The notes below the pieces were generated by a model. It was given only the letters and a program-made list of their open reading frames with translations, was not told the origin of the DNA and searched no databases. From contig NW_014577070.1 of assembly GCF_000485595.1 (NCBI RefSeq), positions 646,354-710,353 of the forward strand: a stretch of 64,000 nt of DNA, in the 5' to 3' direction. Shown here piece by piece: positions 26,901-38,900 of the stretch (positions are counted from its first letter, which is position 1; each line of letters starts with the position of its first letter). Source of the stretch: Priapulus caudatus. Lineage: Eukaryota. A program made the translations under genes and the position numbers.

Positions 26901-29900
26901 CTTCATTGCTGTTAATTTTTTGATTGTCTCTAATGAGGGGTGAAGAAAGCTAATATGATCTGTGCGTTTCGATTTACCTGCAGGAAGTTCAAGACCGTGT
27001 GTTCAAGGTAGTGCGAAATGGAGACCATCTGATACATGCGGGTCATCCCAACTCGCCTGAAATTCAGCAGAAGACCGATGCGATGGCAGGCCAGTGTGAG
27101 CAGTTTATGGAACGGCTGGATGACAGGCGAAGAAACCTAGCCATGGTTGTTGCCTTCTTCAAATCAGCTCACACGGTATGTGCGCAGCCAGATCATGGTA
27201 GTTAGCTTAGAGGGATCTCAGTAAAAACTTGCCAATTCACGTCATAAACGAGACAATAACAGTTGTAATTGTTAATGGTAATATGACATACCATGTAATG
27301 GTAATATGATGTGCCATGTTAAGTATATAGGATAAATAAACAGCCAGTCATGTACTTAAATTGTCACTTAAAGTAAACCCCACAAGTGACCTTTATAAAA
27401 AAAAAGAAGGTATTTGTTCTGTAGAGGTGTCATATAACACGGATTTGTCGTGATAATAATCTTTGAATGCTTTTGCGATCACTTGGCTTATCTGCCGCTG
27501 ACAACACAGAAGCTAATTTCTGTCATTTTTTACGCACAGGCTCTGACGAAGCTTGACCAAATTGAGGTGCAGTTGAACGACAGAGAGAACCTACCCACAG
27601 AGAACATTGCGGCTCTTGCCGAAGTCCACTCCATGCTGGCGAACGCCATCGTGGAAGTGTCGGCGCCCGCGCTGCGCGAGGGTCATATCTTACTCGAGAG
27701 GGTCGGTAAGACTGATCCGGGCGCTGGCGGCGTCGTCAGCATGGTGAGTGTTGTCGGGTTGTCTCTCCTGTGTTTGCATACCTCGATAACGTCGAGTTTA
27801 AATGTTAATGTCTGTGAGTGGAATCCTATTGGGTGCTAAAGGTGTGTAATGTGTTTGTGTTGGCGTTGTTGTTGGGCGTTTATTCTAATCCTCGTGTGAA
27901 AGATGACAATCTTTTACTGTTAGTCGCGAATTTTTCCCTATCGTGATACCTGATTCGCTTCTGGAAGTTAAGGCTGGGGTAAAAACTCCAGATTCGTGAG
28001 CGTGAATTTTGTTTTTACGAGATTCTTGTGCCTTTTGGGTTTTGTACTTGCTTTAGGAATTTAATCCAGAAATCTGAGTGAAAAATGGAAATATTTACAG
28101 AGAACTAAATTAACGTTTAAATATTTAGCTGTGAACTGAGTTGATGCAATGTGATACGATCTGTGGTGTCTAGGTTGCGAGACTGGAAGAGCACTGCAAA
28201 AAGATAGAGAGCCGGTGTGAGGCACACAAGCAGCTAGAGTCACAGAGGAGTGCTATCCAGAATGCTTTCCAGGAAAGATACAACAAGGTATGTGTGTGTC
28301 TTGGCTCGTGTGGGCGTGCATTCTCGTGTTCACACAAATATATGCCATCTTGCCTTACTTGACTGTAAATTTCACCTCTTTCATGAGGCAGTGAGGTTAT
28401 GAATAACTTTCTTCACTTTTCTCACTTCAACTCCACTTTCGAACTTTTTAAACCATGTGACTACTTTTGATGGCATGAAATATTTGAATTTACAAATTTA
28501 TTTCCCAACAGCTAAACAACTGGTTAGTGAATGTGGGTCAGGCATTCCTTGCTTCACATCATGACATGGGCAGTGTGCACTCCACTGCGAAGGACTTTTT
28601 AGAACTACACGAGAGACTAGCAAAGGACATAAAGGCAAGTGATGTTGCCACGAACATTTTATCTACTCTTAGTTAAAAAATAGTGACAATTTCAGGTAAA
28701 GTTCATCCAGTCGACAGTTTAATAATTGATTGATATTAACTACTGGTTCTATAATCAGTTTCCTCTACTCATCTAACTACGGATTTTCATTCATATTGAT
28801 ATCCACCCGACAGTGTAATTAATCGACGACTAAACATGGAGGTTTCAGTCCCCTTAATTCCCTCTCTGCTGCAGGAAACCGACGGCCTAGCCCAGGAGCT
28901 GGGGAGCGTCACCGAGGACCTGGTCAAGTCAGGGGACCAGGCCGCGGCCGACGCCCAGCAGAGGGCCGGCGCGCTGCAGCAGGCCTGGTCGACGTTCGCG
29001 CAGCGCGTGGACGCGCGCATTGGCGTTGCTCGTGTCTTTGTCGAGTTCCACCGCTCGGCTGTGCGACTCGCCACCGAGATGGACTCGCTCGAGGACATGC
29101 TGAAGAACACGGCTGAGCACGCCGACGTGCTGCCAGACGGAGCGGTGCTGCACGTCGAGGACAGGTGGCGCCAGGTGCAGCAGCTGTATGCGCAGCTGCG
29201 CCAGACCGCCGAGCAGTTCTTCGCCGAGTCTAGTCAAGTACGTCCGCGGCGTGGTGATTTGATGACGATTGTCGATTTCTATGGTTTTCGTCGCACGTTA
29301 ACGTTAAAATATGTTCTCACGTGCCTTACAGTATGTATATATGCACGCACGCATGCACAAACCTTGTGCACACACAAACCTTACACGCACACACACACGC
29401 ACAAACCTTACACGCACTCAAAAACCTTGCACGCACGCACGCACGCATGCACCATGCACACATGCATGCACGCATCGAGTAGTTCGGTTTTCGATTGCTT
29501 GGTCTGTGAGAGATTGAAATTGCGTTGGAATTCACCTCTTTATCTCTCATTTTGTGCAGCTAGTATTTTTTTAAATGTTTGTGAGTCTACTGCCACCATG
29601 CTAGGGACTGGCAAATTGAGTCGTTTGCTTCGAACATATTTGTACTTTGTCGGAATTGAAGCCTGATGGCTTGGGCCTGGGAGACCTTGGCTTATGATGC
29701 TTCCACAGTCCCTTGCTTCAATTACGTGCAATAAAAAATATCACTGCATACAAACGTGCAACTGTCAAGCTTCAAAGATGCACTCATTTAGTGGATATGC
29801 GTACATATGTGCATACATTTTCTCATCTAATGAAATTGCCAACGTCGACGAAAACTGTAAAAGTTCCTTCTTGCGACAGGTACAAGATTCAGACCTGGAT

Positions 29901-32900
29901 GTTCCGAGAGCTCGATCCTGCGTCACGGCGCTGACCGAGCACTTTAACGAACGGGGCGAATCACTGGACAAGATGTACACGTCGTGGCATACACACGTGA
30001 CGGCACACAAATTGTTCAAGACACAGTGGGAGCAGTTCATGATCGAAGCTCGAAAGGTTGGTGAACGAGAAAGTGACAAACGTTTTAGCCACATTCAACT
30101 AGCTAGGCTTATGTAATGGTAAACACGTGTCATGTTGTGCAAGTCATAGTGGGTCTTGTTCATGATTGAAACTCTGAAGGTAGATGAACGACAAAATGAC
30201 CACCATTTCCCCCACAATACGCGTAGTCTAATGAAATGTCTAGCAATTAAAAAGTAAACTTAACATTGTTTGTATTGTTTGGGAATTATACAGTATTTTT
30301 AATTCAAGTTTTAAAATTCTACTATATATTTATTCAGGCTAGAAGTATTAAAAACGAAAGTCACGTTTACAGATTTCATATGAGGAAGAATAGGACAGTG
30401 TTTTTTGCTGGCTAGTACATGTTTTCACAAATTAATGTGATAGCAATTGGTGGTCATATTGCAATTGGTGTTGTTGATTATGGTGATCCTTCACTCTATG
30501 TTTTGCTGCACACACGTGGATACTAAGCTGTAAGATAATATGTGACTCGTGTATTCCGCCTTTGATGTATTCCTCTGGAATTGAAAAGAAACAAAACACC
30601 AGATAATAATCCCACTTTTAAATTGCACCTTATATTTCTGACTATTGGGTGGCATCCCATAGAATCTGTGTCACCTGTGCAAAGCAAAACCTTTTCCTAA
30701 ACCTCGTCCTAAACGTGGTTAAACGATGAGCAAACGGTAAACTATAACTTACTGGTGTTTTGTTTCTTGTCTCCAGACAATTGACTGGGTGATGAAAGCT
30801 GAAAACGACCAGTTTCCCGTGATTGCTGGTGACCTTGGTGGTTCGCTAGAGGGCACCCAGCATTTCCAACGCCAACTCACCGAGTTTGAGCCCACACATC
30901 AGGTACACGGCCCATCTGTTTGCTTATACTTCAGGCAATAACTAACACGATGGAGATGGAGAAGCAACCGTTTGGCCCCAACGTTGCGGCAGACCTCAGC
31001 AAAGGTCTGCAGGCGACGGAGGAGCAAAATCGCATGCTGGAAGAGTTCATGCCACAGGCACAGGTACCGCGACATGCGACGCAAATCCATCACAAGTAAT
31101 GATTGGGCAGTACGACGTGTCCAGTGCAATGTAAAAAGTCGGCATGGAACTAAAATAAAAACACGATGTCACGGGTATTCACACCAAGCAGTTGCTCCTC
31201 GCTATGATCATGTCATTTGTCTCCATAACCTAGCTGACTGATAAAATTAACGTATCTTGCCTGGCATGATTTCCAGGCAGCTGCAGCTAATCCTTGTTGT
31301 AATAGGACATTTCGAGAGACAATTCTTGGCAACAGAATGCTCCAAAGCTCGTGAAACGTATTAATAATTCCGTCGTGACCGATCTAGTGTCTAAGGGGGT
31401 TTTGCTTATCTCGTTTCGATGAATAAGTCAATTATTAAGTAAGAAATGCTGTCTGTCTATCACCCGGGTCTAAGTACTCGCTTAACACACCTCTACGAGC
31501 ACATAACACACTTCCTCTTCTGCGGATCGACTAATTTGCCGATATCGGCTTGGTTGACAGAGGGCGCTGCAGGAGCTGGAGACGATGATCAGGATGGCGG
31601 ATTCGCTCGGTGCTCAGGGCGACACGCACGGACAGAAGGAGCAGATCGTCACCGAACTACTGAAGGTCTACAAGCGCTTCCAGGGCCGCATCACCGAGTA
31701 CCAGATGCTGCTTAATCTCGCCATCACCTTCTACAAGAATCTCAACCAGGTGAACGATGCGCGATCGCCCGCTGCGTCAACCCTGTCCACAACGTAGTAC
31801 TGTCACAGCGCACATACGCGCGCAAATTAAATTAAGGTCGAGAAAGATGGAAGCACGATTTCGGCCTGCAGGAGAATTCTGCATACCGCCGACATCACAT
31901 ATTCTGTGATATCATATTATTTACACATACAAGTGCACTACAAGTAGTCATGCTAGAAATGCAAACGCTTGTTATATACTTTTATATTGTAAATGTATAC
32001 GAATTTAGACATTTTGAGTGGCAAGAATCATTAATCTTGTTGGCGACAGTTGTTCTATAACCCAATGAAATGGCGTTCTTTGAGCTGCCTTATCAGTCCG
32101 TACTGTAATTCGAGGTCAGGGAACTAGACTGGCCACAGCTGAGATGTGTGATCGTGACAACCGAATGCTTGCGTGTGTGTGGCGGGTGGGGGCTATCATT
32201 GACAGGTGGTGACCGTGCGATAATACACTTGTCAGGTCGATGCCGTCATCGCTGATCAGGAGCGCGACTTCAAGTCGGAGGAGTGTCCGATTGAGGTGTC
32301 GCAGGCACAGATCATGCTGCAGCAGCACATCGCCAACAAGGACGGCATCAGGAACATGTTCCAGCACACGTTCAACGACGGAGAGAAGGTCGTGCAGAGA
32401 GTCAGACAACAGGTGGGTAGCTAGCCTAGCTTACACTGGTGCGGTCCCGTCGGGTTCAAATTGATAACAAAAAAATAAAAAAGAGTGAGCAGACCCTCAG
32501 CAACCTGTAATTATTTTGGCCCGATGGGAAAATTGTTATGTATAATGGTCCTTTTTATGAACCCCCAAGAAGACAAGATGGCCGATTATGTTATCGTCTC
32601 ATACATTATCAGGGGTTTCATCTTGTCAGTTGCTGTCACACCAGAGGGCCTTGTGCAGTCAACACATGATGGAACTTATAAATACTCCTGGGTTTTTTCA
32701 GAGTTCAACTTTATCGCAGATGTTAACGAAAGAGAGAAACGTTATGAGAGAGTAACCAGATTTCAAAATATTGAGATTTTGGATGGTTTAGCCCTTATGT
32801 AACAAGATCGGTTGTTATGGCTGTTGGGTGATAAGTGACATTATTTCGTGGTAGGACTTTGGAGAAGTGTCTATGCAAGACGTGCAGGGCATTCTGGAGC

Positions 32901-35900
32901 TGACAAATGACAAGAGAAAGCGATGGGAGTGGCTATGGGATCAGAGGCAGAAGCAACTGACACAGAATCTGAAACTCTGTACACTCAAGAATGACTTTAC
33001 CAGGGTGAGTAAATGAAAGTTATGCTAGGTGTACTAGCATTAACGAAACATGACAAGATTAAACCTTTATTATGATGTAATTTAATCTTTTGCTACTAAA
33101 TTCGCAGTTAAAAGGACATCGTATGCGTTTTTTGCCTATTAGATTACTGGCATGATAGATGACCTGGATGGCCAGATTCAAGCCAGGAAGGGACAGTATG
33201 GAACGTCTGTACAGTCTGCAAAGATGACTTCTCAAGTTTTCATTGAATTCCAGAAGACACTCGAGGTACTGTGTAGTATAAAACTCACTCGGTGTCACAA
33301 TCAATAACGAAACGATCATTTGCTATAAAAATGTTTTCCTGAACTGTCACTGTCGTTTTCCTGAACTGTCCTAAATGTAATGAACTGTGCTATACACGAC
33401 CTGGCTTGAAAATAGTTGACCAAAGAGAGAAATACACTTTGTGGTGAGAAGGTAGCATGTTCCATGTATGCCACTGTACACGAGTACTGTACACTAGTAG
33501 CCACTTAATTACTTGTATCACAGACATATCTTACAGTATAGATAGATGCACAATGCACACACTCATGCACACACGCACGCACGCACATTATCTCATTATA
33601 TACATATATGAGACATATACTATAGTATACGTCAACTTTACCGGCACGACCGAGACAATCACCGGCTCGTTAGATGCAAGAACAGCCTCTAAAAACCACC
33701 CAGCCTAGCTGCATAGAAGCTGCACTCGGCGGCTAACTATGTACGTAGCACGTGCGCCGCTGCATGTGCGGCTGTCTTGTCCCGTGACATCATATTCGAC
33801 GGCGACTAGCCTTGCACGCCGCTTGTGCGTTTCACTCATCACGTCCCGCGGCTTCATCGCCTGCCGCATCTCTCTCGTGACAGCTGCTAGAGGTGCAGAT
33901 CCAGAAGTTCACGAGCACGGCGGAGATGATGATCTCGGACGGGCACTACGACGCGCCGGCGATCCGGCAGAACGTCACCGAGCTGCAGCGCAAGTGGAGT
34001 CGCTTCCACACGACGATGGGCGAGCACAAGATGCTGCTCGACCTCAACGTCACCCTGCAGGAGCTCATCGAGGAGGTAAGTGTCACATACGCCTTAGAGA
34101 AAAATGTGTCACTTAAGCATTGCACAGCGGTATGTGTCACGTAAGCATCACAGAGGCATGTGGTGCATAAGCATCACAGAGGTACATGTCACATAAGCAT
34201 CACAGAGGTATATGTCACATAGGTGTCACAGAGGTGTTTGTCACATACGCCTTCAAGAAAAATGTGTCACATAAGCATCACAGAGTTATGTGTCACGTAA
34301 GCATCACAGAGGTGCATGTAATGAGAAACTTAGCGTGCTCTCATCGTCGCGCTGCGAATCGTTACAACACGACTCTACGCTCCTGAGTGCTTCACACACG
34401 TTCTTGTGCTTCGTGTGTCACAGACGGAGAGTTGGTGCAAGCACGCGAGCATGCTGCTAGTGCAGGTGGGCCGCATGTCGACCGAGGTGAAGACGCCGGA
34501 CGATGCCAACCATCTCATACACGAGGTGAACAACTTCCTAGAGCCGTCCAAGCACCAGCAACAGGACAGAATCAACAAGATCTCGGAGCTGTCCGTGCAG
34601 CTGTATGGTAAGTATGCGTTACACATGTTAACGCCACTCGGAAATCAACTTGGGTTCTTTGGTGTTGAGGCGTGTCGTGGCAGCGCGTAGGAGCGGTGGA
34701 ATCGTTCCTGACCCATGTGTCACTCCTGTTGTGGCAACGCGTAGGAGCGGTGGAATCGTTCCTGACCCATGTGTCACTCCTGTTGTGGCAACGCGTAGGA
34801 GCGGTGGAATCGTTCCTGACCCATGTGTCGCTCCTGTTGTGGCAACGCGTAGGAGCGGTGGAATCGTTCGTGACTGATGTGTTGCTTCTGTTGCAGGAAA
34901 CCAAGGTCCAGTGATGGTTGAGCCGATAGTCGTGAAGAACAGAGAGATCATGGAAAGTTTCTGGATGATTAACACGGAGCTGAACAAATTTGTCACCAAC
35001 CTGCAACAGCCACAAATAAAACCGGTAGGTTGTGGGCCTTTAGGCGGAATAATTCATGTTACATCCTCTGGAAATGGAAGGCTGTAGCTGTAATTACTAC
35101 GTGGCAGGGTTTTCTGGGGCTGTCTTAGTTAGTTACCAATATTATTTAGTTATTTTTGTTTTTGATGAAGAAGGTTAACAAAAGTTTGTAACCGTGTTAC
35201 TAATTCTAATGGTTTTATTTTCTACCATTTACTTTTCCATTTTTTTCTTATACAAGTTTTATATGTACACGTACTCAGCCTTTTAAGACCTACGGTTTAG
35301 TATTCCTTTACTCGTTTTTTTTTTGGTTCAAATTGCTTTTGTGTTCCTGTGTGAATGCTAGGAGATTCTTGAGTCGATTGAAGAGGTCCATGTACCTGGA
35401 CAAGAGGTAGAGTTTATAGTTGGTATAACCGGTCCCGGTGGCGAGGGGGCACCCGCGCAGGAGCCGTCGCAGCACATGAAAGAAATGCAACAGATGATGG
35501 AGTCTGCAATGCAGACGATGCAGCAAGAGATGACAGTCGAAGAGTTTGTGGACTCTACGCGCGTGGAACACCAGCAGCAGCCTGTGCAGGTTATTGCTCG
35601 CTTACTGTAAAAAAATTCCACTTGAAATTTCATGGTCTTGAATCAGGAGAATTCCTCAGCATGGAATTTCGTTGCGGAGAATGAGATCGGGCGTGGAATA
35701 CGTTGGTTGATGTTGTCCTGCTGCATTGATTATTGCATATTGTGCAACCAGTTGCCGCCATATCGACCATGGAGACGATACATGGTGTTCTGCGCTGCCG
35801 TGTTTTAATGAATGTCATGTGAGATCCTGCTTGTGGAGTAACTGTGGAATGCTATTATTTTGCCGATTTTTCATAAAGGCTGATGCGTTTCTCAATGTGT

Positions 35901-38900
35901 TGATCCTCTCTGAAGCATGCAAATGCATTATGCATATACTCCCAGCCATTATGGCCCGTATTGTAGAGTTAGAATACCATTTCCTGCCATTTAGCATTCC
36001 CACTGCATGATCGTCGCCCAGTGCACTACAGTGTGGATTGTAAAGAGAGCGTTTCTGGCAAATATGTGTTCAATAAATTAAACTACGCACTCAAAACCAT
36101 TTGTAGCTACATCCTCGCTTGCTTGTGCTTTGGTGTTTCTACGTGGTGTCTGTTGTTTGTTGAGAATAGGCTCGACTCTTGAAAGAACATGTTTATACCT
36201 AATGTAGTTAGAGTGTTTTTACCTCCTACTAATATTATTATTCCCTAAAATTGCACCATATTGTCTGCGTTTGCCGTTTTTTATTAATAGTTTAGAGAGA
36301 TTGCTTTCAATTTTTTATTACTTATATTTCTATAATACATAGGCCCTATATATTTCTATTGTTTCTCTCCTACTGTAAGTTATAACAACTTTTTAATTTT
36401 TTAATTTTTATTGTAATCGTTATTAACTCTATGGTATTATAATGCCACCTTGTCTGTTTTGTTATTAACTGGACGTAAAAGTAGTGGAGGCGGCATGACA
36501 TCTTTGTCGGCTTAATGTTAACACTGTGGTATCATTCACCTAAATCTCAGGAGCCCGCGACAGAACCCGGTGCATATTTTCCTGTGGACACAGCAGAATT
36601 CATAGTTGGTATTACGGCAATGCAAGAGCAGCCGCAGCAAATGCCCGTGTCAGAGGTAGTCTCACAGACAGATGTCACTAGACAGGAGACTGTCACTAGG
36701 CAGGAGACTGTCACTACCGAGGTGACAACGGAAACACAGCAGCAGGTTGTTAACCGTGTCGGCGTTCTAGATGTCGTGGATGTAGAACCGTGTTCGCTTT
36801 ATTGTCGCTTTATTGTCGCTTTATTGTCTGGCATTATTCCAGCTTGCTACCCACTCCCTCTGATGCTTGCAGCTTTTAATCTACATTGTCAACTATTTGT
36901 GGAGGAAGAGTACACTGTAATTGGTAGTGCTTCAGCTCTTAAACGATCGATTACACATTGTTTGTATAGCTATATATCTGGGTTTTTCATTTTGCTGTGT
37001 GCTTGTACGATGTACTTATAAATATATAAAATATATAAGTGGTAAATTCTCTTTAAGCACGATGTGCATGGACAATTTTCGGTCACCATGCTTGCTCATG
37101 TTACTGATTACTGGTATATCAAACAAGGTTGATGGTGTTTGATCTCAAGTGATTGGTGACGTTTCAGTCGCATGTGATGCCGGTAGATCACGCGCAATTT
37201 TTGATTGTGCGTGTGTCGCACTGACATGTTGATTCTTATGGCGGTAGTTATGGGTGTCAGTAATGGAATTTCCTACAGGAAGGTGAATTTTCCTATGTTA
37301 TGGTAGTTTGCTGATGTGTTTTCTATTTTGCTGCTTATGGCATCATATTCTACAGTCAGTGTTATTTTAGAAATTTGCTTGTTTGTACAAGGTCGTAGAT
37401 AGTGCGTGTTTATGGGTTCAGTTTAGATGAACTTGAGTTTTTGAGTTTTTTATTGCAAAAGCATTTATCTGAACAGTGTGATCTGTATTTCAATATTGTA
37501 AAATCTTTATTTTCTGTACGTGAGATTATATTCTGTACGCGAATGGCATGTACCTTTTGGCAGGTTGTTGAGATCCTCACCAACATTACTTGTCTTGAAA
37601 TTCAATCTCTCATGTGACCTTGAAGTGGACTCTAGAAGTAATGACTATAAACACGAGTTCTTCAGCGTATATATGTCAGCAGCTGCTGTAAATATTACCA
37701 GGCATTACCTCTATTATTATTCTACCTACTATTATTTTCTCTTACCGTACTGCAAGCGCATAGGCGGGGGGGGGCGTGTCCTGGGGGCCTAGGACCCCCC
37801 CAATCAAAATCAAAATCCAAAAAAATATTCCAAAAAAATCCACTTTTTTTCTCTATTTTCTTTTTCTCTTAAAAGCTGCAGAAGTATTGTCAACAAAACA
37901 TGGCGTCTAAATCTTGATTTAAAAGCAATATTCTACATTGAACTCAAATTTTTTTTTAGACCATCAGCCCAAGGACCCCTCCGCCCCGTCAACCAAATTA
38001 CTGTACGCGCCGCGGCCGGGCGCCCCCCCCCCCCGCCCCCCCCCCCCCCCCCCGCCCCCCCCCCCCACCCCTACCGCCCACCCGCCAACCGCCACCCCCC
38101 CCCCCCCCTCGCCCCCCCCCCCCCCCGCCCGCCCCGCCCCCCTCCCCCCGACCACCCCGCCCCCCCCCCCCGCCACCCCAACACCCCCCCCCCACCCCCC
38201 CCCCCCGCCCCCCCCCCCCCCCCCCCACCCCGCCACGCCCCCCCCCCCCCCCCACCCCCACCCCACCCCCCCCGCCCACGCCCCACACCCCCCGATGGTG
38301 AGGGTCTTCCGGCTACTATCAGGCCCTGTTCCGTACCGCGTGCATGGCCTGCGTACTGTCTATTTCTATGTAGATTTGTTATACGCATTTATATAAAGGA
38401 ATCTGTTGTGTTGTAGATGCCACAAGTTCGAGGAGGTTCAATTCCAAGTAGGTCTTCCAGGCAGAACCGATGGCGCTGCACACTGCTGCAGCCATCCACA
38501 GGTAATATCAACACTACCTGCTCGTAGTCAGATTTTTAAGAGGTACTTCACTTCGTCTTGTACAAATCACTGAATATTTGAAATTGTAGTATATAAACAA
38601 GAGGTGAATGTGTTCTAAGGTTACTGTGCTGTGTCATTCCAGGTGATCTCATAAGCCAAAATGTTGAATTTAACAAAATTACAATCTTGATTGATACTAA
38701 TAGTTGGACATTTTACAATTTCAAGTAGCGATAGAATGAATATAGAATTTGTGTTATTGGATACAAAAGATCCCATTAAATTTGGCACATGTAGTTTTAG
38801 CAATGTAAAATGCCTTTTGCTGGAAAGAATTTGGTGTGCGTAAAAGGTACAGAAATGGGCATTTTAGGTGTATTCATGGATTCAGTTTGGGCCAAAACCT

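Noticed and set aside
37938..38396. Poly-Pro/poly-Gly ORFs and an apparent G-quadruplex tract
   Set aside because: Irregular poly-C absent from the duplicate copy, which has only a short C run near 45300; typical low-quality read artefact.
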